From an uncultured bacterium (GTDB lineage: Bacteria; RBG-13-61-14; DATKZS01), in assembly GCA_964420375.1 (NCBI GenBank), contig CAYQTK010000003.1:1-55691 (forward strand): a stretch of 55,691 nt of DNA. Direction: 5' to 3'. The notes under the pieces were generated by a model, which saw only the letters and a program-made list of their open reading frames with translations, did no database searches and had not been told where the DNA came from. Below are positions 28,628-38,148 of this stretch, piece by piece. Numbering within the stretch: the first letter of the stretch is position 1; each line of letters opens with the position of its first letter. Position numbers and translations under genes: made by a program.

Positions 28628-29738
28628 GTGTTATAACCATTTTCTTTTGCGTCTTGTTCCGGTTGTAATAGTCTTGGCCTTTGCAGGGACACCGCCGCCG
28701 CTTTTTGCACAAGACAGCGGCCAAGGCCGGCTGGGTCCCTATCCACCGCTTTCCACTGCATTTTACGAGATCAAGCAGTTTGCCGAGAATCATCCGTCGC
28801 TTGCCGGGTTGGAGATCATCGGCCAAAGCGTTGAAGGCCGTCCCTTATACATGCTCCATATCGGCAGGCAGGACGGCAAGTCCCGTCCGGAGGCCCTTAT
28901 TACGGGCAACATCCACGCCGGCGAGGTCATCTCTTCGCGGGTGGCGATCGAGGTCTGCCGCCGCTTATTGGAGGACGAGGGGGACGATCCCTGGATCACA
29001 GCGCTTGTTGACCGGACCGACTTTTACATAGTTCCGCTTTTGAACCCGGACGGCTATCACCGCGTGATCTCCACCCGCGGCAAGGGGGGAGACATCGGCA
29101 TCAGAAAGAACGCCAACGGTGTGGACCTGAACCGCAACTTCCCGCTTGCGCCGGGCGCAAAAAGCAGGCATCCCCTGGCAGGCAGCAAAGACCCGGACTC
29201 CAACTACTACATGGGAGAGAAGCCGCTCTCCGAACCGGAGACCCGGGCCATTGCCGAGCTTGCCTCGGAGCACAACTTCTACGCCGCGCTAAACCTTCAC
29301 AGCGTGGCCGGCAAGTTCCTCTATCCGTACTGCTTCGACAACAGGTCCGCTCCCCACCGGCGGCAGCTCAGAAAGATGGGGATCGCCTTTGTTCACAAGC
29401 AGCCCGAGTGGGACTACAAGGTCCAGCAGAGCTACAGGTGGTATCCCACCCTGGGCGACATGGACGACTTCCTCTACATTAACCACGGAGTGCTCTCCGC
29501 CACCGTCGAGCACGGAACAATAAGCCATAACTTTACCTATGCCCTGGTCAACCGGCCCTTTATGTTCTGGATCATGAACCCTTACGACGCAGACAACTGG
29601 ATCGAGAACGACGCAGACGCCGCGCTCGCCGCAATCGAGTCCGCGTTAATTACGACCAAGGGGAAACCATACCCTCCATCCGAGTGCAAACCCGAGCCTG
29701 AAGAGGACTGGTGGGAAAGACTCATGCCAGAGAACTGA
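28605..29738 (+). CDS. Secreted M14 zinc carboxypeptidase
   Basis: IGQSVEGRP, IHAGE (HxxE), NPDG, RKNANGVDLNRNF, SEPETRA, LHS, catalytic E in ATVE. Confidence 0.9.
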   Translation: MREKRKNRCYNHFLLRLVPVVIVLAFAGTPPPLFAQDSGQGRLGPYPPLSTAFYEIKQFAENHPSLAGLEIIGQSVEGRPLYMLHIGRQDGKSRPEALITGNIHAGEVISSRVAIEVCRRLLEDEGDDPWITALVDRTDFYIVPLLNPDGYHRVISTRGKGGDIGIRKNANGVDLNRNFPLAPGAKSRHPLAGSKDPDSNYYMGEKPLSEPETRAIAELASEHNFYAALNLHSVAGKFLYPYCFDNRSAPHRRQLRKMGIAFVHKQPEWDYKVQQSYRWYPTLGDMDDFLYINHGVLSATVEHGTISHNFTYALVNRPFMFWIMNPYDADNWIENDADAALAAIESALITTKGKPYPPSECKPEPEEDWWERLMPEN

Positions 29739-31594
29739 CGCCCGACGACCGGCGTCTTCTGCCCAGCGGCTTCAGACACCATGCCGGGGCAGCCGTTATC
29801 ATCGCGACCCTTGTTGCGGCCGTTTATCTGCCTGCTTTGCAAGCGCCCTTTCTGTACGACGATCAGCGCAACATAACCGAAAACACCTACATCCGGATGA
29901 CCGGCCTATCTGTTACAGGCATCAAGAAAGCCATGGTCCAGGACAAGTTCCAGCTCCGGCCGGTGGCCAACTTTACCTTTGCTCTCGATTATTATTTACA
30001 CCGCTTGAACAAAACCCTGATGCACGCGGAGAACATGGCCCTCCACGCCATCGCTGCCTTCTGCCTCTACCTCCTGGCCGCCTTCCTGGCCCGGAAGTTC
30101 GGGAACGACAACAAAGCCGGTCATTTGTTCTACCCACCCCTTTTAGCAGCACTCGCCTGGTCGCTACATCCGGCCCACACCCAGGCGGTGACGTACATCG
30201 TGCAGAGGCAGACCTTGATGGCGGTCTGTTTCTCTCTTATTGCTTTCCTTTTCTATGTCCTGGCCAGAGAGTCGGCGGGCTCTCGCAAAAAGGCCGCTTT
30301 TTTTGTTATTACGCTGTTTTCTTTGCTTGTGGCCGGAGGGAGCAAGGAGATAGCAATAGCCTTGCCCGTGGTTTGCTTTCTCTACGAGTTAATGCTCATA
30401 AGGCGGGACGACCCTGAAGCGGGCCGTATCGCCCTTGTTGCAACGGGGTCCGTTGTCGCCGTACTTGCCCTTATTGCGGGGGCCGCGCTTTTATCTACCG
30501 GTCTCTGGTCCGCGTACGTGGGAGGATATGAGCATCTTGACTATGGCCCGTTTCAAAGGATGCTTACCGAGACCCGGATCATAGCCGGCTACCTGGGAAC
30601 CATGGCCTTTCCGCATCCTGTGCGCATGGCGCTTGACCACGACCCGCAACTGTCCGTTTCGCTTCTCCGGCCTGTAACAACCCTGCCCGCGGTTGTCCTT
30701 ATCCTGGCAGCCTTTGCTGCAGGGGTCGAGGCTATCCGCCGCGGCAAGCTCGCGGGAGTTCTGCTTCTGGGGTTTTTGGTTTCCCTTGCTCCCGAGTCGT
30801 CTTTCATACCCGTCGAGCTCGAGTACGACCACCGCATGTACATGCCTTCACTGTTCGTGATACCGCCGGTTGTCTTCTGGCTTGTGAACACCGTCAATCT
30901 TAAAAAGGCCCTTCCCTTAATGTGCGCGGCATTGGTGTTTGGGGGAGTTCTCACTTACTCCCGCAATCAGAGCTATGGATCGAAGAAAAGGATATGGAAA
31001 GACTCTGCACAAAAGTCGCCCGCGAAGGTCCGACCGTGGTCAAACCTTTGTGCCGCCTACCTCGAAGAGGAGCGCCCTTTCGAGGCCCTCACCGCCTGCG
31101 AGCTCGCCTGCAAGCGGAATCCGCAAGTTGCCGACCCGCTTGTCAACAAGGCCAAGGCGCTTTACCAGACGGGGCAGACCGAAAAAGCGGCGCAGTTGCT
31201 TGAAGAGGCGGTAGAGTCGTTTCCGAAAAGCGCATCCGCGCATTACAACTACGGCAGGTACCTGGAGAAGATAAAGGGGGCCCCGGCAGGCGCGATAAAA
31301 GAGTACCGGCGGTCTCTGGAGCTCGAGGCTTCCCATTTAGAGGCCCGGCTCGCCCTGGGCACACTTTTGAAGAAAGAGGGGGATATTGGCCGGGCCCGCG
31401 AGGAGTTGTCAATACTGGTGAAGGATTATCCCGAGTGCGGGCGCTGCTGGGCGTGGTACGGGATTGCCGCTTACGAGTCCGGTTACATGGAGGCTGCGTC
31501 CCATGCGCTTTCGCGGGCAAAAAAGCACGGGCAGGAAGACGGGGCGGCGCGCAGGTTGGAGTCGCTTATCCGCTCCGGTCCTTCCGGGCCTTGA
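29711..31594 (+). CDS. TMTC-like (DUF1736) GT-C protein O-glycosyltransferase with TPR repeats
   Basis: FLYDD acidic motif, RPV, HPAHTQAVTYIVQR, SKE, YDHRMYMPS, then TPR repeats; start uncertain. Confidence 0.82.
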   Translation: MGKTHARELTPDDRRLLPSGFRHHAGAAVIIATLVAAVYLPALQAPFLYDDQRNITENTYIRMTGLSVTGIKKAMVQDKFQLRPVANFTFALDYYLHRLNKTLMHAENMALHAIAAFCLYLLAAFLARKFGNDNKAGHLFYPPLLAALAWSLHPAHTQAVTYIVQRQTLMAVCFSLIAFLFYVLARESAGSRKKAAFFVITLFSLLVAGGSKEIAIALPVVCFLYELMLIRRDDPEAGRIALVATGSVVAVLALIAGAALLSTGLWSAYVGGYEHLDYGPFQRMLTETRIIAGYLGTMAFPHPVRMALDHDPQLSVSLLRPVTTLPAVVLILAAFAAGVEAIRRGKLAGVLLLGFLVSLAPESSFIPVELEYDHRMYMPSLFVIPPVVFWLVNTVNLKKALPLMCAALVFGGVLTYSRNQSYGSKKRIWKDSAQKSPAKVRPWSNLCAAYLEEERPFEALTACELACKRNPQVADPLVNKAKALYQTGQTEKAAQLLEEAVESFPKSASAHYNYGRYLEKIKGAPAGAIKEYRRSLELEASHLEARLALGTLLKKEGDIGRAREELSILVKDYPECGRCWAWYGIAAYESGYMEAASHALSRAKKHGQEDGAARRLESLIRSGPSGP

Positions 31595-34394
31595 TCATCT
31601 CGATTATCTTGAGTATGGACGGCAGGTAGATCACTGCAGCGATCCAGCACAGGCATATTCCCATGGTCAGCGTGGACCCCATGAGGGAGAGACCGCGCCA
31701 CTGCGCGGGGATGATGGACGCGAACCCGATCATGGTGGTAAATGCGGAGAGGGTGACCGCGCGGCCGGTGCTTTCCACCACCGGAGTGATGGACTTGTCT
31801 CCCTTTTTTTCGCCGATCCATCGGTGGACCACGTACACCCCGTAGTCCACGCCTATGCCGATGATAAGCGGCAGCATGGCCACGTTGACGATGTTGAACT
31901 TGAGACCCACGGTGTTCATGATTCCCACCATGGCCACTGCGCCGCACCCCAGCGGTACCAGGGTAAGCAGCGTATGCCACAACCCGCGGTAGTTAATGAG
32001 GATAACGATGAACACCAAAGACAGGGCTATCAGGGAGACGTGAAGCAGGTCCTCTTTGACCTGGGCGAGGATGCGCTCGAAAAGAACGGCAACACCCATG
32101 GCATCCGGGTCCACGTCTTGAAGGTCGCTGACCACGGCCTTTAAGTTCTGCTCCTCCCAGATGATAACCGACGGATAGGCGTAAATGAGAAAGTTGCCCT
32201 GCTCGCCCTGGAAACGGTCGATAAGCTCGGGATGGTTCCGGCTGAGACTGTCCACGGTGACCTCTTCAGCGGAAACCATGTCCTCCACATTGGCCCAGTT
32301 GTCAACGAACTCCCGGCGAAGCTCGTAATCGAGACGGCCCAGCCGGGAGAGGACCTTCTGCCGGTCCGTGCTCTCCAGGGTCTTGATCAGGCCGTCCAGC
32401 TCCTTGTAAAGCTCGCGGGCGCCGTCTTCAGCCTCACCCATCTCGGACATCATGTAGAAGATGCCCACCAGCCCCCGGCCGGGAGCGCCCACAGTCCCGC
32501 GGAGGGTCCTAAGGGACTTCATGAACTCCTGGAACTCCGCTTCGGTCATGGGGGGTATCTTTTCGGGGTCCCTGGCGGGAACTTTCTGCGGAGGAGATAT
32601 CCCTTGCAAGGCCTTCTCCAGCCGGTTTATCTGCTCGATCTTTTTCGACTGGTTCTCGGGAATAAAATCGGAGATGGCGTCCACCCGGTTCACGGTCTCT
32701 TTTGACCGCAGCTCTGCCGCCAGCCTGCGGTCTTCTTCCACCGAGTGGGAGATGATCATGCCGTAGTTGGTGTCAATGCCGAACCACTCGGGAATCTTGT
32801 GAACAAGCTGGATGCTCTCCACGTTCTGCGGTTCCAGGTTCAAGTAGTTGTACTCGAACTGGTAATCGGGCAGCCGGCTGGCCAGTATGATTATTATTAT
32901 GGTAAGACCGACTACAAGGTAGACGGCGCCCCGGTGGATGACCTTTCCGAAGCCGCGCATGATGCGGGGATCAAACCTCTTCTGCGTCGGTCCGATGCTC
33001 TCCTTGGCCCGGTCCCAGGCCACCAGCAGGGACCCCAGCCCGAAGGTCATCATGAAAACGAAAAGGATGATGCCCGTGCCCGCTACTATTCCCATCTCCT
33101 GGCCCGCCCGGAAGGTGGCGTATATCAGGGAGAAGAAAGCCAGTGCCGTGGCTATGGCCCCGGTAAGAATGCTTACGCCCGTCTGAGTGAGCGTAAGGTC
33201 CAGGCTTTCCTTTATAGAGCGGCCGGCATGTCTCTCCTCGGTGTACCTGGAGAGGATGAGTATGGCGTAGTCTATGCCCAGCCCCAGGAGTATGGCCCCG
33301 AAGATGGCGGTCACCGGGGTCAGGTATCCCACGGTCCAGAAGGCGGCCCCCACCGACCAGAGGATGCCCAGGCCCAGGGGAAGGCCCACCATGAGTATCG
33401 AACTCAGGTTCCGAAAGGCGAACGCGAAAAGTATCATCACCCCCAGAAAGGCCAGGCCGGTGGTGAACTTCATGTCTCTCCGGATCACCCGGTTGTCGTC
33501 GCGCATCACCGCGGCGTTGCCCGTCATCTTGGGCTCGGGAACGTCGGGGAAATCCTTTTTCAACGAGTCGACCACGCCCTCCACGTACTCCATGTACTTC
33601 GCGCACCACTCGAAATTCTCCGCGGGCTCGGTGGATGAGACCAGCATGAGAAGCCTCTTGCCGTCTTTGGACACGAAGTAGGGCTCGGACAGATCAATGG
33701 GAAGCTCTTGCTCCTCCCCCTTTAGAAGCTTGGACAGGAAAGCGTCCTTTAACTCTTCGGTCTGGTTCTCCGGTCCGGAAACTATGTAATCTTCGCCGAT
33801 GTCCACCACCCGGCAGAGCAGGTCGAACACCAGTCCGTAATCAGCCCCGCTTCCGGAGAGTTCGGGAATCCTGCCGCTTTTGATGTAAGAGGAAAGCATG
33901 GAGTCCACGCCCTGGAGCGATTCGGTAAGACCGGGCTCGGAGACCAGCTTTTTGATGGGCTCGCGGTTCCTCTCCACCATGTCGGCCACCAGCCGGGTCT
34001 GCTCCGGCTCCAGGTAGAGGAGCGAGTACTCCATGTAATCGGTGACCTCGATCTTGTGGAACACCGCGGGAACGTACTCCGGGTTCTTGACAAGCTCCTC
34101 GGCAAGCGCGTCCGCGTACTCCTTGCTTCTTTCAAGGTCATCCGATTCGACCACCACGAAAAGATACGAAAGCGCGCCGAAACGCTCCACCGCGTCCTTG
34201 TAGTGGACCACTGCAGGGTCGTCCTCCGCCAGCATGTCAACGAAGTTAAGCTTAAGGGTAAGATGGGTGGCCGATATGTAAGCGAACACGGACAAGAGCA
34301 CCATGCAGATAAGCACGACCCAGTAATAGCGATACACGATATTGGAAACGCCCTGCATAAGCCGGGCGCGCCAGCCAACGTACAAAAACTTCAT
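31566..34394 (-). CDS. MMPL/RND-family lipid exporter (HpnN-like)
   Basis: Two RND halves with GLGIDYAI and GIGVDYGV motifs, TG.SILTGA, SAFTTMIGF, large periplasmic loops. Confidence 0.9.
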   Translation of the reverse strand: MKFLYVGWRARLMQGVSNIVYRYYWVVLICMVLLSVFAYISATHLTLKLNFVDMLAEDDPAVVHYKDAVERFGALSYLFVVVESDDLERSKEYADALAEELVKNPEYVPAVFHKIEVTDYMEYSLLYLEPEQTRLVADMVERNREPIKKLVSEPGLTESLQGVDSMLSSYIKSGRIPELSGSGADYGLVFDLLCRVVDIGEDYIVSGPENQTEELKDAFLSKLLKGEEQELPIDLSEPYFVSKDGKRLLMLVSSTEPAENFEWCAKYMEYVEGVVDSLKKDFPDVPEPKMTGNAAVMRDDNRVIRRDMKFTTGLAFLGVMILFAFAFRNLSSILMVGLPLGLGILWSVGAAFWTVGYLTPVTAIFGAILLGLGIDYAILILSRYTEERHAGRSIKESLDLTLTQTGVSILTGAIATALAFFSLIYATFRAGQEMGIVAGTGIILFVFMMTFGLGSLLVAWDRAKESIGPTQKRFDPRIMRGFGKVIHRGAVYLVVGLTIIIIILASRLPDYQFEYNYLNLEPQNVESIQLVHKIPEWFGIDTNYGMIISHSVEEDRRLAAELRSKETVNRVDAISDFIPENQSKKIEQINRLEKALQGISPPQKVPARDPEKIPPMTEAEFQEFMKSLRTLRGTVGAPGRGLVGIFYMMSEMGEAEDGARELYKELDGLIKTLESTDRQKVLSRLGRLDYELRREFVDNWANVEDMVSAEEVTVDSLSRNHPELIDRFQGEQGNFLIYAYPSVIIWEEQNLKAVVSDLQDVDPDAMGVAVLFERILAQVKEDLLHVSLIALSLVFIVILINYRGLWHTLLTLVPLGCGAVAMVGIMNTVGLKFNIVNVAMLPLIIGIGVDYGVYVVHRWIGEKKGDKSITPVVESTGRAVTLSAFTTMIGFASIIPAQWRGLSLMGSTLTMGICLCWIAAVIYLPSILKIIEMIKARKDRSG

Positions 34395-34396
34395 TT

Positions 34397-34424
34397 ACAG
34401 CCTCTCTTTAACAGCCTCTCTTTA
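34397..34424. repeat. 14-bp tandem duplication containing the MMPL ribosome-binding site
   Basis: ACAGCCTCTCTTTA x2 directly upstream of the minus-strand ATG (reads TAAAGAGAGGCTGT x2). Confidence 0.85.
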
Positions 34425-34734
34425 ACTGATCGGTAACTCTTTCTTTTGTACCACAGGCCCGGTGTAGAGTAAAGCTGAAGAGACGCCCGGAAGCCCCGTG
34501 TTTTTCTCGAAGTCTCCGTACGTCTGGCGGACAGGGAATTACAGAGCACATTTTTTTTCTTTGTCCCGCCTTTAGTATGTCTTTGGCGAGACTGAAAAAC
34601 AGCAGATAAACCGGCTTTTCCAACATCACCGAGCGCTGAGGTGGTCCGGGAGTTTTCTGGAGGGGCCTGATCGGTTTTATTGATTTATGCAGAAATAATG
34701 GTACGGGAGGAAGCGCTGGAACGAATTTATGTCC

Positions 34735-34753
34735 CGACTGAAGTCGCTCGCAC
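34735..34753 (-). repeat. GTGCGAGCG-type REP-like palindrome
   Basis: CGACTGAAGTCGCTCGCAC is the exact reverse complement of 38740-38758. Confidence 0.75.
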
Positions 34754-34944
34754 GTATCACATTACTTTTACAGAGCATGATAATGCCCGTCTTTGCGACA
34801 TGTATTAAGAAATCGTTTTTACATAGCTTCGTAAAGCCCTTGAAGCTTCAATATCCTTATGATAGTCTAAACATCATCCGGGTAGGGGATCGAGAACGGC
34901 CGGTTTGAAGCCGGTCTTTTATTGTTTCGGTATTTGGGAGGACC

Positions 34945-35235
34945 ATGATGAAGATCAGCCGTGAAGAGGTCGAGTACGTGGCCCACCTCGCACGTCTGGC
35001 GCTGGAGCCTCGGGAGGCCGAGGAGTTCACCGGCCAGCTCGACGATATCCTCATATACTTCGAGAAGCTCAACGAACTGGACACCGGAAATGTCGAGCCC
35101 ATGCAGCACGCCATCAACATAGTGAACGCTTTTCGCGAAGACGAGGTCCGGGAGTCTTATGACTCGGAGACCGCTCTTGCGAACGCTCCTGATTCGCAGG
35201 AAAGCTTTTTCAAGGTCCCCAAGATCATCGAGTAG
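34945..35235 (+). CDS. gatC: Asp/Glu-tRNA amidotransferase subunit C
   Basis: ISREEVEYVAHLARL, LNELDT.NVEP, FREDEV, FKVPKII; GGGAGG RBS. Confidence 0.97.
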   Translation: MMKISREEVEYVAHLARLALEPREAEEFTGQLDDILIYFEKLNELDTGNVEPMQHAINIVNAFREDEVRESYDSETALANAPDSQESFFKVPKIIE

Positions 35236-35321
35236 GCGGGGCCGCGCTTGCAAGATATCCGGAGAATATAGTTTTATATCAAGCTTATTAAAAATAAGGC
35301 ATATCATGTAAGTGACTTTAC

Positions 35322-35343
35322 TCGCGGCTTATGCCGCTCGCAC
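35322..35343 (-). repeat. GTGCGAGCG-type REP-like palindrome (variant)
   Basis: Minus strand reads GTGCGAGCGGC-ATAA-GCCGCGA, versus GTGCGAGCGAC-TTCA-GTCGCGA at 38740-38761; compensatory stem change. Confidence 0.7.
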
Positions 35344-35410
35344 CAGAGTCGCTTGCTGGATGGGCAGCTTGTTTGTGTTTCTTTGTTTTCGTCTCTGAGA
35401 GGTGCCTAAG

Positions 35411-36871
35411 ATGGAGCTTTACGAGCTTGGAGTTGTTCAACTTGCGGAGCGCATTCGACGGGGGGAAGCCGGATCGGTGGAGGCGGTCGAGTCGGTTCTC
35501 TCGCGGATCGATGCGGTTGATCCTAAAATCCACGCCTATCTTCACCTGAACCGGGAAGGTGCCCTGGCAGCGGCAGAGGAGGCCGACCGGGCGCGTTCAC
35601 GCGGTGAAGACAAACCTTTGCTGGGCGTTCCCCTGGGTATCAAGGACATCTTCCTCACCAAGGGGCTTCCTACCACCGCTGCTTCGCGGATACTGGAGAA
35701 CTACGTTCCCCCTTACGATTCCACTGCCGTGGCCCGCTTAAAGGACGCGGGAGCCATCGTCCTCGGCAAGTTCAACATGGACGAGTTCGCCATGGGCAGT
35801 TCGAACGAAAAGAGCGGGTTCATGCCCAGCAACAACCCGTGGAACTTGAGCCGGATACCGGGCGGCAGCTCGGGGGCCAATGCCGCGGCAATAGCTACCG
35901 ACTCCTGCCTCGGCTCGCTGGGCACTGACACCGGCGGCTCCATCCGACAGCCCGCCTCCTGCTGCGGGGTGGTGGGAATAAAGCCCACCTACGGCAGGGT
36001 GAGCCGCTACGGTGTCATCGCCTTTGCATCCAGCCTGGACCAGGTCGGAGCCATCACCAAGAACGTGGCTGACTCCGCATTGCTATTGAAGCTCATTGCC
36101 GGCCCCGACCCCATGGACTCGACCTCGGTGCCCATGGAGGTCCCCGACTATACCGAGTCTTTGAACCGCGATATCAAGGGCATGAAGGTGGGGCTGCCCA
36201 AGGAGTACTTTGCTGCCGGGCTGGACCCGGGCGTGGAGAAGGCGGTACGCGAGGCAGTGAAAAAGCTTTCGGACATGGGCGCCGAGATCGGAGAGGTCAG
36301 TCTTCCCCATGCCGAGTACTGCGTGGCCTGTTACTACATAATCGCCCCGGCAGAGGCCTCGGCCAACCTGGCCCGATATGACGGCGCCCGCTACGGCCTG
36401 CGCGTGCACGAGGGCGGCGGGCTCATGGACATGTATAAAAAGACGCGCGACCGGGGCTTCGGCCCGGAGGTCAAGCGGCGCATCCTGATCGGGACCTATA
36501 CCCTGAGCGCGGGCTACTACGACCAGTACTATCTCAAGGCCTGCCGGGTGCGGAACCTTATCAAGCAGGACTTTGACCGGGCCTTCCAGGACTACGACGT
36601 GCTGGTGGCCCCCACCATCCCCACGCCGCCCTTCAAGCAGGGCGAGAAGATGGACGACCCCCTGGCCATGTACATGCTCGACATCCTCACCCTGTCGTGC
36701 AACCTGGCAGGACTGCCCGGAATGACCGTGCCCTGCGGGTTCTCCGACGACGGACTGCCCACGGGCCTCCAAATCCTCGCCGGACACTTCAACGAACAGG
36801 CCATCTTCAGGCTCGCCCACGCCTACGAGCAGGCAACGGAATGGCATAAAAAAAGACCGGAGCTCACGTGA
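35411..36871 (+). CDS. gatA: Asp/Glu-tRNA amidotransferase subunit A
   Basis: GIKD, NMDEFAMGSS, PGGSSG, GTDTGGSIRQPA amidase signature, FGPEVKRRILIGTY; start ATG 35411 (or GTG 35402). Confidence 0.98.
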   Translation: MELYELGVVQLAERIRRGEAGSVEAVESVLSRIDAVDPKIHAYLHLNREGALAAAEEADRARSRGEDKPLLGVPLGIKDIFLTKGLPTTAASRILENYVPPYDSTAVARLKDAGAIVLGKFNMDEFAMGSSNEKSGFMPSNNPWNLSRIPGGSSGANAAAIATDSCLGSLGTDTGGSIRQPASCCGVVGIKPTYGRVSRYGVIAFASSLDQVGAITKNVADSALLLKLIAGPDPMDSTSVPMEVPDYTESLNRDIKGMKVGLPKEYFAAGLDPGVEKAVREAVKKLSDMGAEIGEVSLPHAEYCVACYYIIAPAEASANLARYDGARYGLRVHEGGGLMDMYKKTRDRGFGPEVKRRILIGTYTLSAGYYDQYYLKACRVRNLIKQDFDRAFQDYDVLVAPTIPTPPFKQGEKMDDPLAMYMLDILTLSCNLAGLPGMTVPCGFSDDGLPTGLQILAGHFNEQAIFRLAHAYEQATEWHKKRPELT

Positions 36872-36892
36872 GCAAAAAAGAGAGTAAGCATA

Positions 36893-38143
36893 ATGATCAC
36901 CAGGATTAAAATCGACGGTTATAAGTCCTTCAAGGATTTCGAGCTCCAGATGAAACCGTTGATGGTGCTTTTCGGTCCCAACACCAGCGGCAAGAGCAAC
37001 CTGCTGGATGCATTGCGACTTATCAGCCTGGTGGGATCTGAAAAGGACATGAAAGATGTTTTTAAAAAGCATCGCGGACGGGCCAAGGAGAGCTTGTGGC
37101 GAAAAGAGATGAATTTATCATCGAGCTCGTCTTACATGAGATTCGAAGCGGACGTAAACCTGAACGACGATGTCTGTAATGCAGTGGAGGACAGAATTTT
37201 CGAACTGAGGTCCGGACTTGATCATGCCAAGCAGGACGGAAAAAAGGTCATGATCAATGAGCGGAACCTGCGTTACTCTTTTGAACTTGAGGTCCAGTCT
37301 TCCGGGGCAACGCGGGTCACTGATGAGAGGCTCTGCGCTTTGACCAAGAGGTCCCCCCGCAAGGAAAGAGCCAGAAATCCTTTTATCGAGAAGGTGGAGG
37401 ACAAGATAAGGATAAGAAAGGAAAGCCAGTCTCATCCCATATTTCAAGACGTTGGTCTGGATCGTTCCGTGTTGTCTACTTCCCTTTATCCGCCTCATCA
37501 TCCTCATATGGAAACTTTAAAGGAAGAGCTCACCAGATGGAAGTTCTATTACTTCGAGCCTGGAAAGATCATGCGGGAGAAAGTCCCGGAGAGCGAGGTG
37601 GACTCCATAGGTGAGAGGGGGGAGGACCTTGCCGGGTTCTTTTACACTTTGAAAAACAGGTCGGAGAAGAATTTCCGAAGTGCCCGGCAGACGGCGAGAA
37701 AGCTTATACCCGGCATCGAGGATTTCGATGTGAAGCTTGACAAGAGAGACGCCATGGTGGAGCTGGTTATAAAGGAGAGCCGGGGTGACTTTTCCTCCGC
37801 GCTTATTTCGGAGGGAACGCTCAAGATACTGGGTATGCTTGCCATATTCCATTCCCTGACTCCTCCTGCCCTGATAGGAGACGAAGGGCCGGAGAACGGC
37901 GTCCACCCGGAGCGACTCCACCTTATAGCGGAGACCTTTAAGAACCTGGCCAGCTACCAGGGCTGCCAGGTCATCGTAAATACTCATTCGCCGGAGTTCG
38001 TCGAGCTTTTCGACGACGAAAACCTTTTTTCCTGTCGAAAGGAAGAAGGCGTTACAACCATCGAGCCTCTGGGAGAGATAAAGCCGTTGTTCCGCAAGAA
38101 CCAGATCAAAGACAGGCGCTCCGATATTCCCAGGGTGGAGTGA
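36893..38143 (+). CDS. ABC-type (AAA_21/AbiEii-like) ATPase of a two-gene defence-like module
   Basis: IKIDGYKSFKD, FGPNTSGKSNLLDAL, ISEGT signature, GDEGPENGVHP (Walker B/D-loop variant), QVIVNTHSP. Confidence 0.88.
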   Translation: MITRIKIDGYKSFKDFELQMKPLMVLFGPNTSGKSNLLDALRLISLVGSEKDMKDVFKKHRGRAKESLWRKEMNLSSSSSYMRFEADVNLNDDVCNAVEDRIFELRSGLDHAKQDGKKVMINERNLRYSFELEVQSSGATRVTDERLCALTKRSPRKERARNPFIEKVEDKIRIRKESQSHPIFQDVGLDRSVLSTSLYPPHHPHMETLKEELTRWKFYYFEPGKIMREKVPESEVDSIGERGEDLAGFFYTLKNRSEKNFRSARQTARKLIPGIEDFDVKLDKRDAMVELVIKESRGDFSSALISEGTLKILGMLAIFHSLTPPALIGDEGPENGVHPERLHLIAETFKNLASYQGCQVIVNTHSPEFVELFDDENLFSCRKEEGVTTIEPLGEIKPLFRKNQIKDRRSDIPRVE

Positions 38144-38148
38144 TACAA

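Noticed and set aside
34754-34806. Weak resemblance (TTTGCGACATGTATT) to the right arm of the 38.7-kb MITE
   Set aside because: Too short and divergent, and no matching left arm was found; only the 19-bp REP core is supported.
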